Source: Octopus bimaculoides (Eukaryota). Taken from it: 32,446 nt of DNA. The translations under genes and the position numbers were made by a program. Below the pieces are notes generated by a model, which was given only the letters and a program-made list of their open reading frames with translations, was not told where the DNA came from and made no database searches. Each line of letters begins with the position of its first letter. Within the stretch, counting starts at the first letter, position 1. Location: contig NC_068981.1 in the NCBI RefSeq assembly GCF_001194135.2, positions 104,824,116 to 104,856,561 of the forward strand, in the 5' to 3' direction. Positions 1 through 11,200 of the stretch are shown here, one piece after another.

Positions 1-150
1 GTGTCGATAAGCCAGCTGGAGGAGATGTCCTCCTGGGGCTAAAAGCAACAGTAACATCCAGCCCTAGGGGTCAGCCACACTTAAGTGGCAATATACTACA
101 CTTTATCGTGCAGTTACTGTTAATACTTCATTTAGAGAATTAACATTGCT

Positions 151-322
151 TATATATATATATACGACGGGCTTCTTTCAGTTTCCGTCTACCAAATCCA
201 CACACAAGGCTTTGGTCGGCCCGAGGCTATAATAGAAAACACTTGCCCAAGGTGCCACGCAGTGGGACTGAACCCGGAACCATGTGGTTGATAAGCAAGC
301 TACTTACCACACAGCCACTCCT
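151..322 (-). mobile_element. tRNA-derived SINE, family B
   Basis: Minus-strand head AGGAGTGGCTGTGTGGTAAGTAGC...GGTTCAGTCCCAC with A/B-box-like motifs and a (TA)n tail. Same family as 15548 and 23641. Confidence 0.8.
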
Positions 323-426
323 ATGTCATTACTCAGTTTTATTTCAAGATTACTTGTCTATAGAGAGAGCCAGTCTCTAACCTATATCCAAAGCACCTTC
401 ATTGGCATTTCAACATCAACAACATA

Positions 427-994
427 GTATGTATGTATGTATGTATGTATGTATGTGTGCAGCTTTGTATGTTTTGTTTTATATATGCCTTCTCGTGCAT
501 ATACTTGCATATCTAGACATGCTCATATATACTTAAATGATAAACTTCTGGAAACTTTTACACATTTTTACAGTTCCAGTGTTGGCTAGATCTGTAGTCT
601 TCAAATCAACTTTCTCCGTTCTGGTTTTGAGAAGCTTAATTTCTCAAGATTGGTATTTAGGAAGTGTGCTACATATCCTAGTGCCCCAATAATTACAGAT
701 ATAAATCTGAACTTATAATCTGGATAGAGTAACAGTAGATTTCTCAATAGTTCAGCGTAGGTATTATCTTTTTCACTGATCTTCAGCTTTATGTTAACAT
801 TCAATGGGTGGCTGATTTCCACAATTGTACACAGTTTCTCTTCTCTGTCTCAAATCATTATATCAAGACTGTTGTGTTAACATTTAATGAGGCTTTCACT
901 GGGACATTCTACCAATACTCCTTTTTATTATGACTAGCTATGGCTTCCATCATACTGTGGGTTCTTAATTCTTTGTCCTCGGAATTATCCTTTT
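427..994 (-). mobile_element. 5'-truncated RLE-type LINE (CATA-tailed family), copy 1
   Basis: Minus-strand KEYW..VPVK..., then EISHPLNVNIKLKISEKDNTYAELLRNL..YPDYKFRFISVIIGALGY (RLE C-terminus). (CATA)n tail at 427-455 and another (CATA)n array at 995-1025 at the truncation point. Confidence 0.8.
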
Positions 995-1170
995 GTATGT
1001 ATGTATGTATGTATGTATGTATGTACGTAAGTTTGCGTAATATGTATATGTAAACTTCGTTGAATTTTAGTGCTTCCGTGTGACACCGACGAATTAAAAC
1101 AGAAACATTAATTACGAAATAGTTGTTTATATCAATTGCACGTGTGACCACACCATCATTGTGGAAAGAT

Positions 1171-1404
1171 GGTGGTGGTGGTGGTGGTGGTGGTGGTGAT
1201 GGTGGTGGTGGTGGTGGTGGTGGTGCTAGTGCTGGTAGAGCTGTTGCTGCTGTAAATGTCCACATTAATTTACGGAAGATGTAAACACAAAGAGCCACTT
1301 ACCAGCAACTACTCTTAGCCACTGCTCCTCGTAGCTGGCTGGTCTTGCATCACCTTCACCCGAGCAATCTCGACTCATTTGTCTCCCTCTGCTCTAATAT
1401 CACC

Positions 1405-1436
<32 letters not shown>

Positions 1437-1437
1437 C
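1171..1437. repeat. (GGT)n at 1171-1224 and (ACC)n/(CAA)n at about 1400-1437
   Basis: Read directly. (GGT)n produces the spurious poly-Pro ORF 909-1298. Confidence 0.9.
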
Positions 1438-1690
1438 ACTGCATCACTCTAACAACATCAGTGGATCTGGATTTCGATCACAATTTCTGTCCGTGAATTA
1501 TTGAATCAGCTTCAGTACCTACTCATCGAATTTGCGTGTAACTGCTTGAACATTCCAGACACGAGGACAGTTAAAGTGATACAATTACTTGGCGGCATCA
1601 GCGTGAAACAGTACCTGACAAGCTGGCCTTTTGAATAACAAGTATAAGCTATCCAACTATCTTCTACAGCTTCCATCTATTCACTCTCAC

Positions 1691-2321
1691 CAGTGGCAGC
1701 TCGTAGATAAAATTAGTGGGGGTGCTGCTTCTGAAAATTTTTAGCCGTTGTTTTAATATTTTGTAAAAGGAAACAAACATATAAAAAGAATATTTATACA
1801 TAAACTTGATCGGTTCGCGTTTTAGCCACTGCCGGGTAGTGTGGCTAATTTGTTCACTGAACACCGCCGCGAATTCCCCCTTGTTTTTCAAAAATCCCCC
1901 CTAAATCACTAAATAAGGGGATTTTCAAATCTTGGCAGCAACACTGATGCTGGAAGTAGGATAATAATCTAATTCTACGCTTTATCACATTCAAGAAATA
2001 CTATCTCTCACCGGTACTGCGTGAACGACAGTGCTGTCTTTCCTTAGCGTGAAGCTTCCTATCCCTGACATGTGTGCATGCACACAATAGCTAAGCACCA
2101 CTTGTATAGAACTGTGCACTTCACAGTTCTATACAAAGATTTTGTATTTTTTTCATAAGCTAGGGGATGGCTACTGACATTAAGTTTAAGGATTATATAA
2201 CGTACAAGTATAAAGAAAGAATTAAAGAAAAAAGGACTCATTATATTGAATGTTATCGATAATATCGAGTGGAAATAGGGGGTGCTGCAGTTCCATAGTG
2301 CCTATTCACGAGCCGCCTCTA
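1691..2321. mobile_element. Non-autonomous hAT-type DNA transposon
   Basis: TIRs CAGTGGCAGCTCGT / ACGAGCCGCCTCTA. Exact 8-bp TSD ACTCTCAC at 1683-1690 and 2322-2329. Subterminal GGGGGTGCTGC near both ends. No transposase ORF. Confidence 0.85.
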
Positions 2322-2619
2322 ACTCTCACCTACATGGCTTGGGTTGATTCAAGGCTACATTAAAAGAAATTTGTCAAGATGAATGAACCACATGTCGAGC
2401 AAAAGGGCAAAAGCTCGCTCGATCTCGATTTTCAGTACGAATACGGACCGCGAAAGCGTGGCTCATCGATCCTTTCCGAACAGCGGCGAGCTATGCGTCC
2501 GCCGAGAGGTGTCAGAAAAGTTACCACAGGGTGATTACGAAATAAATTTGTTAGTCATTCGGCTATACAGTATCTTAAAAATATGGATCCCAGTCGTACT
2601 AACTGACACACAAAATCAG

Positions 2620-4510
2620 ACGGCACTTGACACCAGGCGGCACAATCTTGATAATAGATTCAGCCGATAGCTATGCTCTTCCCATCGTTGACAACAGTTG
2701 TTCAGCAAAAGCTATCAGTCCCGATGATTCCTGACACTCCACGAAGGTGTGCGACCCAATGCACGTTCTTTAACCCGAACCCTGCATCCTTCATGTTTGG
2801 CTTTGAGGTGACGGTCTAAGGCCGCTCTCGCTGCCAAAATTTGGGATGCAGAGTCCAATCTCAACGCCTCTTCTAAAGCCTTAAATAGATTCCCGACTAT
2901 CCTGACCTTATCTAAACTTAGCTGACGGCTAAATCTAATCGACTCAAAACGTATGGCTCGTTTTAGAGCAAACCACCACCGATTATTTATCACGGTGCTG
3001 GTTAATGCCCTTTTCACTAACTCCTTGATCCGGTTACGGTATACCTCACAAGCCAAAATAGACTTGTTCAGCTTCCAGTGGCCGGATCCCTGTCTATAGG
3101 CACTATCTATGTTCAGCCTACACTTAACCATTTTATGGTCAGTGTAGGCGATTTGAACAAACTGTGGACAGCTAAAGCTAGACTTATCTCTAATCCTTAT
3201 AACAATCCTGTGTAAGTAAGACTTGAGCTTCCCGTCGCCTTTCATCCAGTTCCACACTGGGACGCTCGGGTGCTCAAGTCTGTAACGATCTGCCAGCTGA
3301 AAACGCTTAAGCAGATCGATGAGGCGTGAGTTAACACTCCTACCAGTCGAGCCACAACTATCCAGACGTGCATCCAGGATAGCATTGTAGTCTACTAACA
3401 CAACTAATGTCTTGGACGTCACGAGAAAGTTCTCTAGGCGCCGATGGAAATCAGTTTGCTGCCTTCTTGCACAAGGCGCGTAAATACCAATCAACCTGAA
3501 GGCCTTGTTGCTGTATGTCACGTCAAGGACGACCAGCCCACCTTTAGGGTCCACAAAAGCTGTACGTGTCTGCAGAGCCAAGTCTTTTCGAACCAAGACT
3601 ACTACACCCCTCGACCTCCGGTCTGGCCAGGAGACATGATTTTCTCATAGCCATTCAAGAGAGCCGAGAAGGTTTGTAGCCTATCTAGCTTGGTCTCTGT
3701 AGCAACCATAATATGTATATCATGTGATCTGAGGTCGTTGAGGAAACATGCTTGCTTCCACTTCGAGCTCAGACCACGCATATTTAAACAACCAAGGTTA
3801 AGAGTTGACATTTTAAGGAAAAGTAAAGGTTCTACTTACTTTTCATTGACGATGTGGAGGCCGACTTCACGTCTCGTGAGGGGACCCCCTCTTTTCTCCT
3901 CTTCCCTGAGGTATTTTGGAGCGTCTTTTAACCTCGAGATGACTTCTGGATGTCTCCCCTTCAGCTGTTCAAATAATATTTCCCCTATCCAGGCACATTG
4001 TTTAGGATAGTCCTTGTGCTTTGGAAATAATATTGTAGTGTAGTGTGACGCTATCACATCATTTGTGAATTTTTCTTTTGGGTCGAACTCGACCAAAATT
4101 CGTCTTTCGTCTGGTTTCTCTGGGACGGTTGAGCGGGGTTTTTTAATGTGAATTGCTGTATTTTCCATTTTTGTGGGGGATGTGGACGGGGATTGTGTCA
4201 ACGGTTCAAATCCCACCCCCGTTTGTGGGTGGGGCGCAGTCCAGCAATGCCTACAAAGGCTAAATTTTAAAAATGCACTCCATTGAAGAATCCAATCGAA
4301 TAAACAATTGCCAAATAGCTACAGAAATTTCACAATTCCCCGAAATACCGAGAAATAAAATAATCCAACACAGCCTGCAAACAGGCAACAGATCACAATA
4401 ACAATTTTCAACAATAATTTTCAACAACTGTTTACAATAAATAACAGTTTCAACAATAAAAATGACAACTCACAGAGCGCAAAAAAAACAAAAAAACACG
4501 ACCGATGTCT
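2620..4510 (-). mobile_element. Internally deleted Tx1/L1-clade LINE: short ORF1 remnant + APE endonuclease, RT absent
   Basis: ORF2 start MSTLNLGCLNMRGL at 3811. APE motifs ATETK, LIGIYAP, VDYNAILD, DRYR, SYLHRI, TDHKMV and GHWKLNKSIL, with a 1-bp frameshift near 3600. A 126-aa ORF (3836-4216) lies directly upstream. No RT motifs downstream. Confidence 0.85.
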
Positions 4511-4526
4511 TCAACCGAAAGCAAAC

Positions 4527-6240
4527 TTCTTTATTTCATGAAATTGGCCATGGTAGCCATACATAGAGGGGACAGCACAAGGTGGGGACAAAAAAAAACG
4601 AATGGAAAAGATGAATTGAATATAATGAAAAAAGGGAATGAAGCCGCTCGACCCCACCTCCGAGTGACTTCATTGAACCTGTTCATACAACCCTTTTTTT
4701 AAAAACATTAATTTAAACTACCATTGATGCTTTTGCGACAGCTAGTTTCCACTTTTTTGGATAATGTCTATGTCCAGTTCCTTTAAAATGTAAGCATAAG
4801 TTATCCTTTTAGGTATTCTGCTGGTGTCCATTTTCGTAACCCTCTAATCGAAATCAGTTTCTTCTTCGTAATTTATCGATCTTGAGAGGTACTCTGGGTC
4901 CGCCACTGCACAGCAAACGTCCTCGGGCAACCCTCCTACACTTGTTATGTCCACTTCTATTGCTTTTTCCCATGTCTTTATCTCGTTGCAAAGTTCTTCT
5001 TTATTTCTGTTATATAATATAACAAATTTATCTATGGGCCGGGGTGGGAAATTTGGGGCTCCTGTGTGTTTGTAGTTGTATTTATGTCAGGTGGGGTATG
5101 GGGAGAGTTAGTGTCTGTAGAGCGTGGTTGAGGTAGAGTGGGTGTGGGTGGGAGCCGGATGGTTGTGGGTTGGGGTCCTCCTTTACCACGTGTGTTTTCT
5201 TTCTCCTCTTCTTTTCCCCCCGCTGTTTGTTAGCTGGTATTTACCTCCTCTTCCTCGACTCTGATACTGGCCTTTGTCTGTGGTGCCGCTTCACTCTACT
5301 TCTCGCGCTTTATCTCAGCCTCCAGGGCAGTGGAGCACCAACCACCTTCTCATTCTCTTGCCTTTCCCTAGCCTTCACAGGTGGTGGAGGACAATCCACC
5401 CTAATGCGGCCTTTCAGGCCACATTTATATCACCGCGGAATCCTCCCTTCCACTCTGACTTTCAGCGTCACGTCTGCGACCGTGATTTCTCCACCATACT
5501 TTCAATATCTTCTAGGTTAATCTGAACCACCATGTCCAGGTTCTGCCCTTGCCAGTTTCTGTAGGGTGTTCTGATGGCCTGCAGGACAACCACCTTTTCT
5601 TCCATGCCTAGCAGTATGGCAGCCACCAGTCAGGCTACATCCACTTCTGGGGGTATGTCTTCTACCCTAACCCTGGAAGCACGTCTCCCAAGGTATACGG
5701 CACCACTTCGTCTGTTTTTAACGGTGTTGCTGAGTGCAGCCTGGCGGTAGCTACCTCCCGGATCTGCACCTCCACTGTTCCAAACTTTGTTCCTCTGGCA
5801 AGGTAGGAAATCCCTTGCCAGACTGGTTTCAACGCCTTTTCAACTTGTGCCTCCGACACCACTTCTATTTTTCTTGTTGCTACTGCATATGTCTTGTAAA
5901 CAATCGTTCTATCTTCCTTATCCTTTAACACTTCTTTGGGGGTAGGGACACTTTTACGTCGACCCCCTCCCTTTTACGTATTTCCTTGAACTTGCTCAGC
6001 TCTTCCAGACATATGTCTTCAATTTTTCCCTTTGCCACTGCAGCATAATTCCTTGTTTCTATTACTGCATCAATCTTCTTCAAGCATCTCACCATTTCTT
6101 CCTCAGACGACACAAAGTCTGAAGAAGAATAATTCAAATCTTCACAACGTGTCACACGACGCCCCTCCATTAAATCGCCAAGACAACCAAAAAACATGTG
6201 TTATTTACAAAGACAGCAGTCGAACTAAACAAAACGATAT
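4527..6240 (-). mobile_element. Gag-like ORF1-only retroelement, copy A (degenerate)
   Basis: ORF pieces 5925-6197 and 5662-5931 continue as YLGRRASRVRVEDIPPEVDVA*LVAAIL, then a broken knuckle C-DK-C-GLKG-R-IRVD-C, a Pro/Thr-rich linker, and a 3' UTR ending AAATAAAGAA (4527-4536 on minus). Confidence 0.7.
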
Positions 6241-8010
6241 ACCGGAAGCAAGCTTCTTACCACACAGCCACTGCTGCGCCTGTGTACTATTATAAAAATA
6301 AATAAAAATTAACTGTAAAAGTTGTTGAAAGTTCTAACGTGGTCGAAATGACATTCCTGCGATCGTAATTNNNNNNNNNNNNNNNNNNNNNNNNNNNNNN
6401 NNNNNNNNNNNNNNNNNNNNNNNNNNNNNNNNNNNNNNNNNNNNNNNNNNNNNNNNNNNNNNNNNNNNNNNNNNNNNNNNNNNNNNNNNNNNNNNNNNNN
6501 NNNNNNNNNNNNNNNNNNNNNNNNNNNNNNNNNNNNNNNNNNNNNNNNNNNNNNNNNNNNNNNNNNNNNNNNNNNNNNNNNNNNNNNNNNNNNNNNNNNN
6601 NNNNNNNNNNNNNNNNNNNNNNNNNNNNNNNNNNNNNNNNNNNNNNNNNNNNNNNNNNNNNNNNNNNNNNNNNNNNNNNNNNNNNNNNNNNNNNNNNNNN
6701 NNNNNNNNNNNNNNNNNNNNNNNNNNNNNNNNNNNNNNNNNNNNNNNNNNNNNNNNNNNNNNNNNNNNNNNNNNNNNNNNNNNNNNNNNNNNNNNNNNNN
6801 NNNNNNNNNNNNNNNNNNNNNNNNNNNNNNNNNNNNNNNNNNNNNNNNNNNNNNNNNNNNNNNNNNNNNNNNNNNNNNNNNNNNNNNNNNNNNNNNNNNN
6901 NNNNNNNNNNNNNNNNNNNNNNNNNNNNNNNNNNNNNNNNNNNNNNNNNNNNNNNNNNNNNNNNNNNNNNNNNNNNNNNNNNNNNNNNNNNNNNNNNNNN
7001 NNNNNNNNNNNNNNNNNNNNNNNNNNNNNNNNNNNNNNNNNNNNNNNNNNNNNNNNNNNNNNNNNNNNNNNNNNNNNNNNNNNNNNNNNNNNNNNNNNNN
7101 NNNNNNNNNNNNNNNNNNNNNNNNNNNNNNNNNNNNNNNNNNNNNNNNNNNNNNNNNNNNNNNNNNNNNNNNNNNNNNNNNNNNNNNNNNNNNNNNNNNN
7201 NNNNNNNNNNNNNNNNNNNNNNNNNNNNNNNNNNNNNNNNNNNNNNNNNNNNNNNNNNNNNNNNNNNNNNNNNNNNNNNNNNNNNNNNAGTTAAGACATC
7301 TTTATGACATATTTGAACTGCTAAAAGGCAAATTCACTGCAGTTACTGCAGAGAAAATATTTCTCTTATGGTAAAAAAGGGTGTGAAAACACCCTTTTAG
7401 TTCAGTATCGCCATCTATCAGGATTCCTAGACATCGACGTTTCAAGCTAGATGGCTTTTATTGAAGAGAATTACCTAAGAAGGACACCTCTGAACAAATA
7501 TTATAAAGCAATAGCTTTATATAAAATACAGTCAACAACGTTGACTGATTTGCACTGGTACTTCGCCTGATCGTGGAAAATAACGAAATATTAGTTCCAA
7601 GCAGTATTTAGGTATAATGAAAATTTAGGTTAGTTAAAATATGTTAAAATATGTTAACATACGTTAGTTAAATTAGTTAAAATAGGCACAAGGCCATAAT
7701 TTTTGGGAGGATCATTTGTCGATTTAATTAACCTCAGTGCACGACTTGTACTATTTTTCAGACCACAAAAGACTGAAAGGTAAAGTTAGCCTCCAAAACG
7801 CAACGAACCATAATAAAATATAGCAAAGCATGCATTTTATCAATTTTGTTTTTGCTATTTATCTTATGAACAAAAATATGAATTAAATAATCAAATAAAT
7901 AAATAATTGATGCCTTCTTCCCGCCCGCTCACATAAATATAAATTCTTTATTTTATGAAACTCATTTTTTATTAATTATTGTTCTTCTTTTTATTGTTGC
8001 AGGGTTTAAC

Positions 8011-8189
8011 ATGGAAAGTGGCATGGGTTTCAGATTAGTTCTTAGCAATTTCATATTCCTGCTGTTACATCTACCGCATCCTGCTATCACATTCAATTTA
8101 GACACCAAATCACCGATTATCTTTGATGGCATTAAAAACACATATTTTGGATATTCAGTTGGATTACAAGCGAATTCGAACAATGCTCG
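8011..8189 (+). CDS. Integrin alpha subunit, first coding exon (signal peptide + start of beta-propeller blade 1)
   Basis: Translates MESGMGFRLVLSNFIFLLLHLPHPAIT|FNLDTKSPIIFDGIKNTYFGYSVGLQANSNNAR: a hydrophobic leader, then the integrin-alpha mature N-terminus FNLD and the FG-GAP half-motif YFGYSV. Phase-2 donor CG|GTAAAC at 8189/8190. A polypyrimidine-TGCAG acceptor at 8001-8002 suggests an upstream 5'-UTR exon. Confidence 0.9.
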
Positions 8190-8202
8190 GTAAACTTCAG
8201 CC

Positions 8203-8225
8203 TTATTATTATTATTATTATTATA

Positions 8226-8258
<33 letters not shown>

Positions 8259-11200
8259 ATTATTATTATTATTATATGTTTGACTTTTGCTTTGTATTTG
8301 TACAAGTTGGCTCCAAGTCTCACCCAGAGACCTCAAGAGACAACAAGTTAGAAGTTCGTGTTGGTGTTATGCCTAGGGTGTCACATATTTGGTTTTGCAC
8401 ATAGTATCGTTCTAGAGAACATAAGAAAATTATGAGATTGTTTTAAAATTTGAGATTACATAGACAGTATTTGACGTAGGCTATAGGCAGGTCCCATGAG
8501 CACTATCTTTTGAATTTCTGTCTTAGGGCACCTACGACAATAGGTATTGTTTTAGTCTTGAGGTTCCACATTTTGCCAATTACTATTTCAAGATCTTTGT
8601 ACTTGCTCAGTTTTTGGTAGGTCTTGGCAGATACATTTATATTGATTGGGACAATCATATCAATGAGGTGGCATGATTTTTGTCTGAAGTCTTTCAATAT
8701 AATGTCTGGCCTATTTGCAGCTATCTTTCTGTCAGTTTGACTGGTGAAGTTCCAGAGGAGTGAGATGTGATAATTTTCAAACACTGGAGGTGGTTTTACC
8801 AGTTTTTATCATGGGGCAGGTCCTGGTTTTTGCAAATTACCCAGTGAATATATTGTGCTGCTCTATCATGCCATTTGAGATACTCTGTAGGCGCAAGAAG
8901 ACTGCACATGGAGACAACATGATCAATGGTTTCATTTTGTTGTTGACATACACGACATGCTGGGTAGCTGCCGTTCTTTAATATGTTAGCCTGGTAGTTT
9001 CCTGTAGGTAAGCATTGATCTTGGACTGCTATGATAAACCCATCTGTTTCTGATTTTAAGCCAGAATCCACTAACTATTGATGGGTAAGGGCTTCGTCAA
9101 CATCAGCACTATTAGCTCTCTTTGGGTAATTTGCCATTGAGAGGTTTTTCGTGCCATTTATCAGTAAGAACATTTAAGATAGCAGTTTTAGTGCGGGTTT
9201 TCATACGGCTAGCTTTTTCTGTGCTTGTTTCTAGTACGTCTAATTCTGGAGTTTGTTGTATTTGGAATTCACTTAAGATATTCCTTTGCCTGTTTTGTTA
9301 CTGAGTATGATGCTTTTTTGTTTTCATGCTTTGAGACAAGTTTTAATATCCAGTCATCAGACTTTTTCAGGTAGGTTTTTCGGCCAATTGTGGTAATCTT
9401 CATTGTTAATTCCAGTTGTAAAAGTCCACGGCCTCCCACTTTTCTTGGCAGATAAAGTCGTTCTATATCCGCCTTAGGGTGGTGTATTCTATGCATTGTC
9501 AAACATTTTCGTATTATTCTGTCAAGATTACACATTTCATGATCAGTTAAGGATATTGAAACTGTAAGTCACGACTGGTATGGCTAAAGTATTGCTCGCT
9601 TCGATCCTGTTTCTTGCATTCAGCTCTGTCTCGAGTATTGCCCTTACCCTGCGATAACATTCTCTTCTGATCCTTTCCCTCATCAGTGAATGTTTAATTC
9701 CGTCCCCTTAAAATACTCCTAAGTATTTGTAGCTCTCCGTAGGTTCTAATTCCTTTTATGACATTCTGCTGGTCAAGATTAACATTGGATGTTTCTGTCA
9801 TTTTTCCTTTGGTAAAGGTAGCTTTTGCACATTTTTCGAGGCCAAATTGCATCACTGAATTGTTTAACAATCGCTAGTAAGCCTTGTAGTTGTTGGTCAT
9901 TTTTTCAAAGAGCTTTATATCATTCATGTAAATGAGATGATTTATATTTTTGTCAAACATTTTATAACCGTATTGTATATCACTGAGCAAGTTCGAGAGA
10001 GGTATTAAGGCTAGACGAAAGAGGAGTGGTAATAATCACTCTGGAAAATGCCACATGAAATTCTTACATATTCAGCATTAAGAGATTCATTGTCACAGTT
10101 CAAAGTCAGTGTGGTTCTCCATGATCTCGTACTTACAGACAAGAAGTTTTGCAGAGTAGGTGCTATTTTATACATTTCCAGACATTTCTTAATCCAGCAA
10201 TGTGCTAGATAATCAAAAGCATTTTTATAGTCTATCCAGGCTATCGACAAGTTTTTGTGCCGTTTGTGATAACTTTCCACGATCATCTTATTGATAAATA
10301 GCTAATCTTTAGAACCATAAGGCCCACGTTTACATCCTTTTTGCTCATTAGGGAATATGCCACTTTCTATTAAAAAAAATTATAGGTATATTCAGTCAAG
10401 ACAGATTTTAGCATTTTATACATTGTTGTTAAGCAGGTTTTGGATCTATAATCTATTGGTTCATTTGTTTCTTCATTTTTTTTGAAGTAGGAATGTTACA
10501 CCATTAACTAGCCAAGAGGAAATCATACTAGGTTGTTGCAAAACATTGTTGTAAAGTTTTGTTAGTTCATGGCTCTCTGGGAAGGTATTTAACCAGAAGT
10601 TAGGAATTTTATCCTTTCCTGGAGACTTCCATTTGCTTGACTTCCTGAGAGAAGATCTTACATCCTCTACCTTGATACCCTCCCACTTTTACTCTTCTAA
10701 AGAGTCTAAGTCTGGAGATATTCTATCAATCCAAGGGGCCTTTTCCTTGTGTGTTTTTTCTTCTGCCCAAATTTTATTCCAAAATTTCTACACTTCTTCT
10801 TTTGATGGGATAAACTTTACTGTAACTGGTATTTTCCCTATTTTCCTGTAAAAAACTTTTGAGGTTATTTCAGAACATGTTGTTGTCCTTGAAGAATCTT
10901 ACGCGCTTTTCATACCTTGCTATGCGGGCAGCTTTAGCACATACCTTTTGCTTGATGGTTTCTATGGTGGTATCGATCACAAATATGGTTTTCATATATT
11001 TTTTCTTTAATTTTTGGGTCTTTGTTTGTTTGACAGGCCTGTCAAACTTGAGGTTTTTTAAATATTTTATGTCAGACCTAAATAGCTGAATTTGGTGTTG
11101 AATACACTCTTGCCAAGTAGGCTTTTTGTGGGAATGTTGTGGTTGTCTAATATTTTCACCACATAGAATCGTTGAGATTTTCGTGTACAGGTGGTTGAGA

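Noticed and set aside
909-1298. Poly-proline ORF
   Set aside because: It is the translation of a (GGT)n microsatellite plus (CATA)n and a LINE fragment.
1171-1420. Functional hairpin between (GGT)n and (ACC)n
   Set aside because: Complementarity between two simple repeats is expected by chance in a microsatellite-rich genome.
4500-4545. LTR retrotransposon long terminal repeat
   Set aside because: AATAAA followed by a short tract looks LTR-like, but I found no second direct copy, TG..CA ends, PBS or PPT, and the adjacent ORF2 is APE-type non-LTR.
7962-8404. Poly-Asn/Tyr/Ile ORFs overlapping exon 1
   Set aside because: They come from the (TTA)n repeat and antisense reading of the integrin exon.
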